A stretch of 64,000 bases of DNA from Camelus ferus (GCF_009834535.1 NC_045704.1:35774001-35838000); one strand, 5' to 3'. Counted from the stretch's first letter, positions 30,601 through 45,647 are shown. Numbers and translations are program-made. Notes: a model not told the origin generated them from the letters alone.

Positions 30601-30959
30601 ACTCCATGGTATTTAAATTGTCAGGAATACAGAAAGGGAAATAGCCACCTGTCTTGCTTTGTTGTTTAATGCCAGGGCTGCCTTTCTCCTAAAATGATCC
30701 CTTCCCTAGGGGCATTGTATGCTTTGGGAACCTCGGTCCTGGAGTAGGGTGACCAGCTAGGCTGAGGAATATTCTGAAAAGTTTCGACAAAGGAGCACCC
30801 AGTCAAATGTGCTCATCCATCCATTCAGCCGTGGAGAATGGAAGAAAGGGAGGCAGAGGCTGCGTTCGCCGCGTTGCTGTTACAGGAGGACCGTTAGAGA
30901 AGCGCTGACTAAAGACCATCCTGGGGACTAGGACAGGCATCCTGGGGGAAGGGGGGCCA

Positions 30960-31446
30960 AGACTGGGACGTGAGCGCGAGGCTGGGTTGAACACGGGCTC
31001 CGGGAAAGGGCGAAACTTAGGGCAGAGTTTCAGGGGCCGGGGGTGGGGAAGTCGGTGAGGACACGCGTGCTGGTTTCCGGGTGGCTGCGGACGGTGTGGA
31101 AAACTGGGAAGAGGCGGGCAGGGAGGCCGGGTCGTTGCGTGCCGCCCGGCACAAAGTCCCCCCGCGCTGGCGGGCGCCAAGGGGGAGGCCCCCCGCGGTG
31201 CGCACGGAGACCAGCCGGTTTCCTGGAATCATGCTCTCGGCCCGCTTGTTGCTCACAGCCCGGCCCGGCGCTGCGGGCGGCGCGGATCGGCGGGGCGGGT
31301 GCAAGGCGGGGGCGGGGCCTCTGCGCCCGGGCCGCCTTCTCCGGGTATAAACGTAACACGCGCGCTCCCGGGCTCCAACACGCCTCCTGCTAGACAAGTA
31401 GATCGTCGCGACTCTCTTTGGACCTCCTGCCTCACCTCGGCTCCAA
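30960..31446 (+). promoter_or_regulatory. MT1-e promoter
   Basis: TATAAA 31346-31351. MREs at 31322-31328, 31297-31303 (reverse) and 31198-31205 (palindromic). GAS TTCCTGGAA 31220-31228. Confidence 0.88.
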
Positions 31447-32907
<1,461 letters not shown>

Positions 32908-33694
32908 TGTCGGGGAGACCCTGCCCCAGATGTAAATAGAGCAACGTGGACAAGCCTGCACTTATTATTTTTCATACAACCTGACCTGATGCTACATTCC
33001 CTTTTTCTATGAAATCTTTGAATGACAATAAAGTTACCTAGACTCTCTGGCTTCAAACGCCTCACAATGTGTTGGGAACTCGGGACTTGGGTTATAGGGG
33101 AGCCTGCACTGGGCAATGTCAGGAAGAATGGGCAGTGGAAGGCGGGTGGGGTCAAGGCATCCTGCCATCTGGCCAAGGCTCAGCTCTGAGTTTTGAACTA
33201 TGGCAAAGTGTTTCCTCTCCTAACTTCTAGAGGGTTAACTGGTTCTGGCCCTTTCTTGTGTATCTGTGTCACTGCCTATACTCACTCAATGCCACCAATG
33301 ATGTGCCTACTGTATGCTCAGACATTGGGTTCTCAGTGGTGACATAACAGCAAGTGTACAGACTTCTGTAATTACAGACAGAATTATAGACAGTGACTGA
33401 ATAGAACAAACAAAAGGGCTGTGACGGAGAATACTGAGGGGTGAGCCTGAGTGAGGAGACCTCTGTGCTGAAATCTGAGAGCTGCAGTCCTGCCGGAGGG
33501 GAGGGCTGGAGCACTGGCTCTGGAGCTGAGAAGAGCTTGGTGTGTTCAGGAAAGAGACAAAAGGCCATTGTGTCAGGGACAGCATGGGAGGGGAGTAGTC
33601 CAAGGTCACTGTGGGGAGGGGAGAGCAGAGACCCATTCCTCTGAATGACTCCCTCCTCAACTGCTGAGCTGAGTCACTTAGAGTGTCCCTGGGG

Positions 33695-33917
33695 CAGGGG
33701 GATAAACGTGGAGTTTGGGATTAACAGATACACACTATTATATATAAAATAAACACAGGGACCTACTCTATAGCACAGGGGACTATATTCAATATCTTGT
33801 AATAACCTATAATGGAAAAGAATCTGAAAATACATATATGTATGTATAACTGAATCACTTTGCTGTACACTTCAAACTAATACATTAAAAATCAACTATA
33901 CTTCAATTAAAAAAAAA
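33695..33917 (+). mobile_element. 5'-truncated cetartiodactyl L1 3' end
   Basis: GAGTTTGGGATTAACAGATACACAC...GGACCTACTCTATAGCACAGGGGACTATATTCAATATCTTGTAATAACC...TCAACTATACTTCAATT followed by an A tail. Confidence 0.8.
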
Positions 33918-36900
33918 TGTCCCAAGCCACTGGCCCACTGCCCCCTTCCCAGCCCCCAATCTGATTTCTTAGGCCCATGATGAGTGGGGGGAACTCATTT
34001 TTTCACAAGTACCTGAGGTTACAATCCCCTGACGTGGTCACACGGAATCATTTAGTGAAATGCACTGAGCCTCTGCCAGGAAACATTTCCATCCCAGTTG
34101 GTATTTGGAGCCAACTGCCCCAACATGTGGCTGCCTGTGCTGGGGGCCTAGGGAACCTGGAGATACCCGGTTCCTGTCTGTCTGTGGAGGGAGAGGCGGG
34201 CAGGCCTCACCCTGCAGGATGTGGCAAGTGTCTTCGGAGAGAAGAAACCAGGCTGAGAGGGTGGTTGCAGCCTCTCTGTGGGCTCCAGCTACGGAAACTA
34301 CCTGGGTGTCACATGGGCTGATGTCCTGGCCACTGTTTCCTGGTAAGAGAGCCCAGCACGGACCTCGTGGGGCCTGGGCAGAGGTGCAGTGTGGCACTGC
34401 CCTGTTCGGTCTGGAAGTCCTGGTGCCAAAGTCACAAATGTGTCCAGTGGTTGTTCTTTCATAATTCTGCTTTGGAGACACGGCTGCCAAACCTCTCTGG
34501 GGAAGAGTACACCATGTTTTCACTGGGCCTGATAAACACACCATCCATCTGGCAGCTTTTTTATTTTCCAAGTCATGTCTGAAGTGGCGTCTCCCTGAGG
34601 GGCGGGCCAGTCATGACCATTATGGACGTTTGTGGGATAGATGCATGTATAATCATTTTGTAAAAATTTGATATGACAACATAAGAATGCTTTGTTTTAT
34701 TCCAGAAGTCATGACCTTGTTTACCTGGTAAAGCAGTTAAATGCATCTGCTCTGGAGCCAGACTGCCCGGCTAGAAGCATAGCTCCACTACTTAGGCAAG
34801 TTTTGTGGCCCATCTTTGCATCACAGATCTCATTTGTAACGTGGGGACAATGATGTACCCACTCCTCAGGGTTGCTGTGAGGTTTACTGGGTCCAACATG
34901 GTCCCTGGCACATAACTAGGGCTCAATAAGTGTTACTTCCTTCTGAGTCAGGCGGGTGTCTGACAATCAGTAGATGATCCATAAATGCTCTCCACTTGAT
35001 TCAGTGAGCTCTTATTAGGTTCCTGCTGTATGTGAATCAGTGTGCTGGGCACTGAGGGGGAAGGTAATGTATAAATAAGATCCAGTCCTTTCACTGGAGG
35101 AGGTCTTATTCGAGTGCCTGTTGAATTCAGGGAGCATTTGTTTATCGCCTCAAGATTGTTTTTTTCCCACAAAGGAGTTGGAAGGATTAAGAGAAATGAG
35201 CAAGAAATGGGAAGACTGCCAGGCTTGTAGCAGTGGAGCCATTGTCAGGCTTAGGCCTGGAAGGTGAAGGGAAGGGGCTGTCACTGGACCCAGAGACCAG
35301 TTGTGGCTGTAGAAGAGGACACTCCAATGGGAGCTGTAAACTTCAGCTAGGCTGGCATTCAACCTTGCAAGAAGGGAGCCTGGAAAACGCATTCTGTGAC
35401 CTCCTGTCCTCCTTCTGCCATCTCCCGCCAATGTGCCCATTGGCTGAACCCAGCCAGATACTGTTGGATTCAGATACAGCTCCCAGCCACTCCCTGGCTT
35501 ATTAGGGGAGGGTGGAGAGCGGATCTGGAAGGCACATAGCTCACCCACAGACAGGGTGTGCCTCTATCAACAAAGGCCACATGCATCTCTTCCTTGCAAC
35601 CTGGAAGAATGTAACTAATCCAAGGATGAATTCAGTTCAAAGGGTTGGAGGGAGGGAGGGGGTCAGGGATGACGGTGGAGGCTTTGGATTGGGGAGGAGG
35701 GACACTGCAGGCATTTCTGCAGGTGTGGCCAGCAAGTCTACTCCGAGCCCCTGAGGGGTGGCGGGTGGGAGGAGAAGCTGAACTGCACACCTGTGTGTCC
35801 CCACAGCACACTCACCTGGCCCCACCCATGGCATCACAATACCTGCTGGGTATTCAGAGTGATCTCTGAGGCACTCCTGGGTGGCTGAAGGCCCACATCC
35901 ACCTCCTGCCCTGGGCCAAGCTAAGACTCCAGCAAAGTTCCCAGTTCCCTGGGCCCCGTATCCTACCACCACACCCAGCCCCTTTCTGGCCCCTTCCCTC
36001 CTCCATGGTGGCCTTTCTCCCTCCCTCTGCCGACGCTTCTATTTAGCGGGAAGCAGAGAAGTTGGGGTATGTTGTAAAGGTTGGCCTCAAGGCCAGCAGT
36101 AGAGACTTCTCAGGGGTCAGAGATTCCTCCTCTGAGCCTCTGCCTCTGACTGGACAGACTAATTTTTGAGCACTCAAGGGAGGAGGCAGAGGCAGGATGA
36201 GGCAGACAGTGTTGTCATTGAGGCTTGGGTGATACGTAAGGGCTCAATGGACTAGCCCGTTGGAAATTCCAGAGGTTGCCTTGGAAAGCTGGGGATATAA
36301 GCCCCATCACCAGCCACCCTAGCCTGCCTGATACATCATTGCCATGACTGGGGGTGGGGAGCACAGCCATCACTGGGGGTAGGGGTACAGCCATATGCAG
36401 GCTGCCTAGACTCAGCTCTGTCTCCAAGACACCTCCCCAGCACCCCTGCACCCCTATACTCCCAGAGCAAGGCTTAAGCCAGAACCTCAGTTCAGTGACC
36501 TTGGGTCACCCCAGCTGGGAAGCTTTGCCAGCATCATGTGATCCTTCAGAAAGGGAAATGCTTTGCTCAGAGAAGTGACTCTGGGGGTGGATTCAAGCTT
36601 GTGATGGTCACTGATCAACTTAGCTGTCCAGCATCCATCCCCCAACTTCCTTTTGGGGAACTCCCTCTGCTTCCATTGCATGAAGACTTGGAGGGAGGGA
36701 ACTCCAGGGGTCCAGTTAAAAACCTAGAGGTCCAGACCCTTGCTCTCCAGGGAGCCTCAGCCAATCAGGCATTTCCTGGAACTCAAACATGGGCTAAAAT
36801 GAGTTCCAAGGACATTTGTCACAGGCATATGCACTGACTAGACCCTTTGGGCCCCGGAGACCAGGCCTGTGGATCCCGCATCCCAATCCTATGGCATTTC

Positions 36901-38954
36901 CTCGCTCCAGCCCTTTTTCCCAGCCTGGTCTCGTGGTCCCTCATCTCTTACCATCCAGCAAATGACTCTCAGCTTCATTCTACTGCTTGTAACCAGGGAG
37001 TGTGGAGCAGATGTTGATGGGGCAAGGGGGCTTCCTCCATGGCATCCCCGGACCACACACTGTGCCGAAGCCTGGCCTCACCAGATGCCAGGGCCTGCGG
37101 CTCTGAGGGCAGAATAAGACCAGGAGCCTGGACATCACTTCCCATCCTGAGCCCCATTCTGTCTTGCCTGGGCCTGTGAGACACACCCATGGGTGAGGTT
37201 TTATCTGAGAAGGTAGGTGTTTCCTTCCCTGAGGGCCTGCCACTCTCAGGCTTGGGAAAATTACTTTCCTGGCAGGGATTCAAAATTTGTACAGTCAGAT
37301 GAGGTTCTTATGGCCCTAAGGGTCACATGGTTCTGGGTCCCTGGTTCTCATGAACAAACAAGGCAGAAGCCTCAAAGGCAATCTTCCCTAGAGGGAAAGT
37401 TCCCCAAAAGAGCAAGTGTGCAGGGCCCTTGGCATCCCTGACTCTCCTTACAGCACGCCCACCTCAACAGCATAAGAAAAGGCTTGCAGATGGGGAAAAA
37501 AGCCTTATTTGATCATTTCCCAGATAACGGGGAGCCATGAAGGGTTAAGAGGCAAGGAAGCAATGTGGCTGGGGCTGATCATGCATTTCTGGGTATTTCC
37601 ACTGTGTGGGCCTCTTACAAGCACTGGTTAGTAATGATGACTAAGAAAGTCTTCACCCTCCAGGGGCCCTTTGTCCATAGTATGGGTATGGGGCGAGTCA
37701 AGAACACAGATGAATTCAACAGAGGGTGACAAAAGGCAATGTAGCATCAAGCAGATGCCACCACTTCCTGCCACCTCCACTGCTGCCAGGCTGGGCCAAG
37801 CCACCATCTGCCCTCTCGTCTTAGTTTCCTTCCTCATCTCCCTACGTCTGCCTTTGCTCCCCTGAGCCTATGCTCAGCCCAGCAGCCAGAACAATCTTCT
37901 GCTCAAAACCCTGCCCTGGTCTCCATCTTATTCCCTGTGAAAGCCAAACCCCTCACGAGAGCCCACAGAGCCGTCATAGAACCTGTGGACACACCTCCTC
38001 TCTTGGATCGATGGACTTTTAAAGTTCTGCCACTCAAATGGATGCAAAATGGTATCTCATTGTGACCTTAGTTTGCATTTTCTCAAACATCAGTGCTATG
38101 GAATATCTCTTCATATGTTTATTGACATATATGTTTTCTTTTTCCCTTGAGAAATGCCTGTCAATATCTTGTGCTCATTTTAAAAAAATTAAATGAAGCC
38201 CATACTTTATTCAGATTTCCTTCTTTTTCATCTAGTGTCCTTTTTCTGTTCCAGTATCTCATCCAAAATATCACATTCCACCCAGTTGTCAAGTCTCCTT
38301 AGGTGTCTCTTGGCTGGGACAGTTTCCCAGACTTTCCTTGTTTTTGGTGGCCTGGACAATTTTGAGGAGTGTCGTAGGATGCGTCTCCACTGAAATTTGT
38401 CTGATGTTTTTCTCCTTATTAGATTGGGGTTATGGATTAGGGGGAGGACGACCACAGAGGTCGTCACCATCCGGTATCAACTTGGCTTAGCACTATTGAT
38501 GCTGACTTTGACCACCTGGCCGAGGGAGTGTTTGGCAGGCATCTCCCCAGTACAGGAACTCTTTCGGCCCCCTCTCCATGCTTTAATTCTTTGGAAGGAA
38601 GTCATTCTGTACTTCCACATTTAAGGAGTGGGAGGTTATGCTCCTTACGGGCAAGCGTCTACATTAATTATTTGGAATTCTTACACAGGAAATTTTTTTC
38701 TTTCTTCATTCATTCATTCAATTATTGTTTATTTATGTCAGCATAGATTCATGGAGATTTACTTTACACTTTGGATTATAATCCAATAGTATTTTATTTT
38801 ATTGCTCAAATTGTTTCAGCTTTGGACATTGGGAGCCCTTTCAATTGGCTCCTGTGTCTCTTTGACATACTCCTATCTTTGTGGGTTTTTGTTCTTTCCT
38901 TTTTAAGAGAAAATCACTTCAAATCAGATCGTTTCTGTTTGTGCCTGTAATTAT

Positions 38955-39033
38955 TATTTTTCTAATGGAGGTACTGGGGATTGAACCCAGGACCTTGTGC
39001 GTGCTAAGCATGTGCTCTACCACTGAGCAAACC
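38955..39033 (-). mobile_element. tRNA-derived SINE (camelid Vic-1-like), partial
   Basis: GAGGTACTGGGGATTGAACCCAGGACCTTGTGCGTGCTAAGCATGTGCTCTACCACTGAGC; its reverse complement has tRNA A and B boxes. Confidence 0.75.
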
Positions 39034-39106
39034 CGGTTTGTGCCCATTTTTTATGGGTTGTTTGTATCCTTCTATTGTGGTATAGGTGTTCATCATACAC
39101 TCTTGA

Positions 39107-39252
39107 TAATTGGTTTTGAAATTTTTTTTTTAAATTTTTAGGGCATAATTAGGTTTACTTATTTATTTATTTTTAGAGGAGGTGCTGGGGATTGAACCCA
39201 GGACCTCGTGTATGCTAAGCATGAGCTCTACCACTGAGCTGTACCCTCCCTC
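39107..39252 (-). mobile_element. tRNA-derived SINE (camelid Vic-1-like) with 16-bp TSD
   Basis: Same head sequence plus a T-rich tail. TSD CATCATACACTCTTGA at 39091-39106 and 39253-39268. Confidence 0.85.
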
Positions 39253-40394
39253 CATCATACACTCTTGAAATTCATTCTTTGTCTAACATCATTTGACGGG
39301 AAAATGGTCTTACTTTTAAAGTAGTCAGCTTTACCAAATTTTATTATATAGTCAGTTTTTTTGGTGGCTTGATTAAGAAATCATTTGCTACTCCAAGGTC
39401 TAAAACATATTTGAATGCCTAAAAATATCTAAAGTATAGCTTGCAAAGTTTTGTTTTTAAATTGAAGTTATTCATCCATCTGGGAATAGATTTTTGCGAC
39501 AGGGTTGAGACAAGGATCCAATTTCATCTTTTTCCTGGTGAGCGATCAGGTCCATTTAGTGAATGTTCCTTCCTCTCTTCACTAATCAGACTGGTCACTT
39601 CTGTCACATACCAAAGAGCCATAGATGTGTGAGGCCATCTCTTCTGGGCTCTCTTTTCTAAAGCTTCAGAGTTAAGCCCTGATGTCTAGTGGTGATAAGC
39701 TCCCCGTCTCTCACCCCTTACTCCCAACGCCCTGCTATTCTTCAGAAATGTCCTGGGTATTTCTGGCTCTTTGCTCTTCCATACACATTTTAGAATCACC
39801 TTATAAAAATTCCATGGAAAATTTCCTATGGATTCTGATCAGAATTGCACTGAATCTACAGATCAATTTGGGGAACACAGACTTTTTTTTTCCTTTTGGC
39901 TTAAACAACAGAAATGTATTTTCTCACAGTTCTTAGATCAGGATGCCAGCATGGTCGGGTTTCGGTGAGGACTCTTGTCCTGGCTTGCAGACAGCTCCCT
40001 TCTCCTTCTGTCCTCACATAGCCGAGGGAGAGAAAGAACAAGAGCAGGCGTCTTTAGAATCCGAAATCTTCCCATCACAAGATGCTAGAACTTCAGGGGA
40101 GTGACGGTAGATATTCCGTGACCAGAAGTTCTCCAGGGAAAATGTGCATTCATACACATGAGCATATAAATTTACTATAAATGTTTAATGATATAGAGAT
40201 TATGTAGCCCACAATTTTGAAAATATCACGAAATATGCAATACTCTATTGTCTGTCTCATCTATTGATTTTCACAGAATGCTTTAATTTTTGCTGAACTG
40301 TTGTAACTACAGCCAATCTATGGTTTGCAATTGATGAATAAGTGCAGTTTCTATATGAATGCAGGTTCATATTGTTATTTTCATTAATAACTAA

Positions 40395-40542
40395 ATTTTT
40401 TTAGTTTTTTTTTTTTTTGGTGGGGGGAGGGAGGTAATTAGGTTTATTTATTTACTTTTTTCAGAGGAGGTACTGGGGATTGAACCCAGGACCTCGTGCA
40501 TGCTAAACACATACTCTACCACTTTGAGCTACACCCTCCCCC
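40395..40542 (-). mobile_element. tRNA-derived SINE (camelid Vic-1-like) with 15-bp TSD
   Basis: TSD TTCATTAATAACTAA at 40380-40394 and 40543-40557. Confidence 0.85.
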
Positions 40543-41590
40543 TTCATTAATAACTAATACGAAAGCCACATATGGTCTCCATTACATATCCTTTTTTTCC
40601 CCCCTTTTACGACCTTTTAAAAATATAGAACCATTCTTGGGGCATTCAAAGACAGGCCTGGGGCCCAATTTGGCCCACTAGCCATTATTTATGGCTTACA
40701 CCTATTGTACCTAATTGATGAACATACTATATAAAAGTGTAGTACTTTGCATCTCTTCCCAAGTCTGCGTTCAGTGACATCACATTGGTAGCTTGAAATT
40801 GGGCAGTTTTTACAATGCCTAAGTTGGCAAACACCAAAAACCTGGGCTTAATTTATTGTTTATTGATTGTTGATTGGATAGTGGTGATGGTTGTAAAACT
40901 CTAAATATTCTTAAGCCCATGGAATCATATAATTAAAAAGGGTTAAAATGGTAGATTCTATATTATGTATACTTTACTACAATTTTTAAAATTGTGTTAA
41001 AAGGAGAGAGAGAGAGGAAGAGAGAGAGAGAGGGAAAGAGAGAAAGATTGTGTAGAGCAAATACAAATTAGAGGGCCAGATTTGATCAATCTGTAACTCC
41101 TGGTTGGGGCATCCTTGTCTGGGATGCTAGTTTTGGCTTGTTTCCCTGCCACCTACACAAATTCTGCTCACACTTCAGGGATTGGCCCAAATGTTACCCC
41201 TTTTCATTCCCCAAGGCAGAAGGTCCAGCAGTACTGGGTCTACTCTCCCACGTGGTGGCAGCGAGCCGGGATCAGTGATGACTGTCCTTTGAGAGCCTCC
41301 AGCTTATCACAGCCCCCACCACTCCCCATTTTCTTCTCTTCTGGTTCACATCATCCCTCTTTTATTAACTCCCCAGCCACGTAGGCATCTGAGACTTCAG
41401 CCCCTATAGACTATCATTTCCTCAGGGACAGCCATGGGGTCCGTTTTCCTGTGTTCTCACAAAGTTCAGTGCGGCAGCATTACTTAGTGATTCCTCCGTG
41501 GAACAGAGACTGGGATACAGAAAGTAGAGACCCAGGGAGCCCGGGTCTCACCTCACCAGGAGCGGGATTTTGTTCTTTGTTGGTTTAATC

Positions 41591-41806
41591 CAGGGTGTGT
41601 CAACCTCAGCATTGACATTTTCGGTCAGATACTCCCTTGCTGTGGGGGCCTGTCTTGTGCATTATAGGGTGTTTAACAGTAACCCTGGCCTCCACCTACC
41701 GGATGCCAGTAGCACTTCCCTAGTTGTGACAACCAAAACTATTTCCAGATATTGCCAAATGTCCCCTGGGGAGGTGGGGCAAAACAATCCCCAGTTGAGA
41801 AAACTG
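41591..41806. mobile_element. MER20-like hAT DNA transposon relic
   Basis: CAGGGTGTGTCAACCTCAGCATTGACATTTT...GTTGTGACAACCAAAA...CCAGATATTGCCAAATGTCCCCTGGGG...CCAGTTGAGAA matches the MER20 consensus as I recall it. Confidence 0.75.
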
Positions 41807-42064
41807 GTTTAATTCATTGAGTCATTTACCTGGTCAGTGCTTTCTTAAAATCATAGCCCTAGATAATGGTGGTGGGGGGGGGGGATCATAAGTAGGTTGA
41901 AGGCTGAATACAATTTTTAAATCAGCAACATAATTTAGCTACGGTTACCCAGAATTCTACATACTCCCTCTTCCAGCATCATAGATCCCAGCTTTGGTTC
42001 CAATCTGCAAGTCTGAGCACTTTATAGTTTGAAAAGGGATTTGACTTTGTTTACTGGGTGTTTT

Positions 42065-42096
42065 CTGCCACCTGGTGGTCATCTCATTCATTGCAG
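42065..42096 (-). promoter_or_regulatory. CTCF motif with upstream (ZF9-11) module
   Basis: Minus strand reads CTGCAATGAATGAGATGACCACCAGGTGGCAG: core CCACCAGGTGGCAG with a TGCAAT module upstream. Confidence 0.6.
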
Positions 42097-43364
42097 GCTG
42101 GGGAAATACCAATTTAGTCAACCAACCCAGCACATCAAAAGGTTAAGACAATCAGACTTAACTTTCCTTAGCTCTTTGAAAGTAACTGTAAGTTCATAGT
42201 TGACAGACAGGAAACAGTGGAGAAACAGTTTGGGAAAACAGGTGGAGTTAGCATGAGCTGATATAAGCACTGGTAAAAGCAGTGACCCTCCTTTTTCCTA
42301 GGGCCTTAGGCTGAATTTTTAGGACACTGACTTTGCTCCCAACTTCCCTACAACTAAAGGTCCTATTTGGAATGTGTTTATAATTTTTAATCAACCACAT
42401 TTGAATTCATATTGTGAAGATGTTTTTGAGAATTTCATAGTACAACTGGAGATAATTAGACATACTTAGGATGCCATACAATGGGGATATCTTGTATTAA
42501 AGCAGCGTTTTCCAAATTTGTCTGACATTAGAAACAAAGTGATACAGCAGGCCTAAGGCAGGGCCCTCTGGGGACTGTTAGCAGCAAGGAGGTCTGGGGG
42601 ACTTCAGTGTCCTGGAGTGTCAGAGCTGTCACTATGGTGACTTGTGGTGCTGGTTGACCTCGAGGGTGGTGAACAGTCCCAAGACTCGGTTTCCAGGCTT
42701 GTGCCACCTCCCTGTCTCTCTGGACCCGGGTTAAACAGTTACTCAGAGCACAGGTTTGGACAGAAGCTAAGTTCCGCTACTGCTATTAATATGAATAACA
42801 CTTAATAGCAATAACAATAAAGTTTCAAGAGGCTTCAAGAGAATTCAAGCAAGTGCGGCTAGAACTTCGGTCAATTTTTGACACAGCAGCTGGGCTCTAC
42901 CTGGTAGAGCATGTCACTCCTCTGTTTCAAACCCTGGAAGAGAGGTTGAGAGAGCAGGCTCTGGAGCCTGATTATATAGGTTTGAATCCTGTCTCTACCA
43001 CTTCTTAGCTGTGTAAACTTGGGCAGGGTACTTAACCTCTCTGTGCTTCAACTGTCTCTTTTGTAAAAGGGAGCTTTCAGTAGTTAGTGTCTCCCTTCCT
43101 AAAAGAGTTGTCACAACAACAAAACGAGATAACTATTAAAAACAGTCCCTGCCATGTGGAGGGCTGCAAATAAATATTAGGTCTGATACGTTTGTTGATA
43201 CTTATAGGACCATCTCATTATCAAGCAGTGAAACAGCATAATGGCTTAGAGCGTTTGCTCTACAACCGGGCTGACTGCTGCCTGTGCCCACACGCCCACA
43301 TCCTGCATGTGAGACCCCGGCTAACGCCTATTGACGAGTGAGGTTTCATAAGAAGCATTTACGA

Positions 43365-43672
43365 GGCCAAAGCAAATCTAACTCCCAGCACATCAGAATG
43401 TGACTGTTTGGAGACATTCTTTAAAGAGATAATTAAGTTAACAGGAAGTCATGAAGGGGGGCCCTCATCCAATATGACTGGTGTCCTGATAAGGCAAGAT
43501 TAGAGCACAGACATGCCCAGAGGGAAGACCTTATGCAGACACAGGTAGAAGACAAGCATCTACAAACCAAGGAGAGGGGCCTCAGAAAACAGTCAACCCT
43601 GCTGACACCTTGATTTTGGACTTGTGGCTTCCAGAATTGTAAGAAAATGAATGTCTGTTGTTTACGCCAAAA
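43365..43672 (+). mobile_element. MLT1 (A/B/C-like) LTR
   Basis: CCCTCATCCAATATGACTGGTGTCCT...CCCTGCTGACACCTTGATTTTGGACTT...CCAGAATTGTAAGAAAAT. Confidence 0.75.
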
Positions 43673-44860
43673 AAAGCCACTTCAGAGTTCTGGGCTTAAA
43701 CTGGAAGATTCGGGGTTGGAGAGGCAGGAGGCAGGAACTGAACCTCTCCTCTCTTCATATCTGGCTGCAAAGCCCACAGATGCCGAAGCTTAGGCTGCAG
43801 CTAGATATGGAATGAGATGAAAGATTGCGCCACACGATGGTTCACACGGAATTTAAGAAAGAAAGCCAAAAAGCATCAGCCAATAAATGGAGCAGGAGGC
43901 TGCAGGCAATGTCGGGGGACATAGCGGGTGGCAGATAATCCTGAGATTTGGCAGACCCGCGGGCCGTTGGAAAAAGCTGACGGGGGCAAAGGAGCTGGTG
44001 AGGAAGGCATGGTTTGATTCTGGGATGGAGCTCCTGATAGGCAGGGTGGAAGGGTGCACGCAGACAGGGCGGCAGTGTGGGGCACTCCTGGCTGCCTCAG
44101 AGAGTTCAGGCTCTGTATGCAGGAGAGGGTGGACTCTTAAAGGGTTAAACATCCTCATCCTTAGAAGGGTGAGGCCTGAAGTTGCAAAGGTCACTGGCCT
44201 GTGGTTCATCTTGCTGCAGAAGACCCAGCAGGGAGAGGAGGGCAGACATTGCAATCCACAAGCCCAGCCTGCGTCACACCCACACACGTTTCAATTGACT
44301 GGAATGTGGACCATAAGGATCAAAATCTTTAAAACTCTGGGTCGCCAGAGCACTGGACCAGTGTTCCTGCATGGCCCCAATGGGACAGACTCAATAATGG
44401 CTGCTCCTTTTAAAGTGGTCGTGCCACAGTCCCCGCCACTCCCTAATGTATCACACCTGCCCACTTCACTTATTACAAGACCTGCCTGGCTCTGCAGGGT
44501 CGTGTGCCTTCCCACTCACCAAGGCTTTAAGGAGCCCAACCTCAGTTATCTTTTTTTTCCTCAATCATCTTTTGAGGCTCCATATTCTACCTCTGGCTAT
44601 GGCAATTTGTCCAATGCCCAGGAAAGCTATGATACGGGGGTTGGGGGGAGTGGGAAGGGGAGACCAGCATAGAGGCTCAGGATGCAAGCCCTGGAACCAG
44701 GCTGTCTGGGTTCAGATCCTGCCTCCAGTACCAGCTGTGTTAGCTTGGAAAGTTGTTAAGCCTCCTGGTTTTCTCGTCTATAATTTGGGGATAACAAAAT
44801 GAATAACTACATGTAAAGTCCTTAGCACTTGGGAAGTGCTCAATATATATTAACTATTAT

Positions 44861-45647
44861 TGTGATTCCTCGTGAAACTGGTCCCCCTAAAGCTGAGTTC
44901 CTCTGCCAGGTTTGTGATTAACCTTTCTATCCAAAACGTCATTACCTTTCTTGCTTCATACCTGTTCCTCCTCAGGATTAAGGAGTAACAAAGAAAAGGG
45001 AGGAATTGTAACCATTCAGGACCTTTGGGGCTTTCCTGGGACAGACCTCCCCCATTCTGCCTGCCTCTTGTTGGTAAAACAAACAAAAAAACAAACAAAC
45101 AACGACAACAAAAAAACTTTAGCCTCCTAGGCCTTTCTCGAGTTACAAAAATTAAATTTACTCAAAGAAGTGAGAAAATACAGAAACAAAGTAAAACAGT
45201 CAAGCAAGACAAAACAATAATAGTTTAACCATTAAACAAAGTCAAGTTCCTCCTCAAGGGTTACAGATAATATTCTGAGCCAAATTCTTTAGGCTGATTT
45301 GCAGACACTGAAAGCCCCACCAGGTGGAAGAAGTTAACTGTAGGCTGCCTAAAGCTCGAGCACCCCAGACTAGTTGGAACCAGGTTAATTATGTTAACTC
45401 CCAATTACCTCACCACCAACCAATCAGAAGAATGTCCACGGGCTGATCACGCCCCTGCAACCCCCCCCCCACCCTCCCTCTTTAAAAGCCTTTTCCTGAA
45501 GAGGAAGACTCCATGGGGGAGTCTCTTGAGCACTGGCTGCCTGGCCTCCTCGCCTGGCTAGCAAACAACGCTGCAAATTCCATTACCACAATCCTGTTTC
45601 AGGCTTTACTGCACCCAGGTGAATGGACCAAGTTTGGTTTGGTAACA
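44861..45647 (+). mobile_element. Solo LTR (ERV1-like)
   Basis: TG at 44861 to ...TTTGGTTTGGTAACA at 45647. Internal CCAAT (~45420) and TTTAAAAG (~45481) promoter-like boxes. Imperfect 4-bp TSD (TTAT/TTAG). The left boundary is uncertain. Confidence 0.6.

Larger units (their letters stand above)
38020..39850 (-). mobile_element. Ancient L1M fragments interrupted by SINEs
   Basis: T-rich antisense L1-like blocks (TGGTATCTCATTGTGACCTTAGTTTGCATTTTC...; TAGATCAATTTGGGGAAC...). Confidence 0.6.

Noticed and set aside
43887-44672. 261-aa ORF, the longest N-free ORF in the track
   Set aside because: No recognisable domain, codon bias, promoter or splice context; consistent with chance in GC-moderate DNA.
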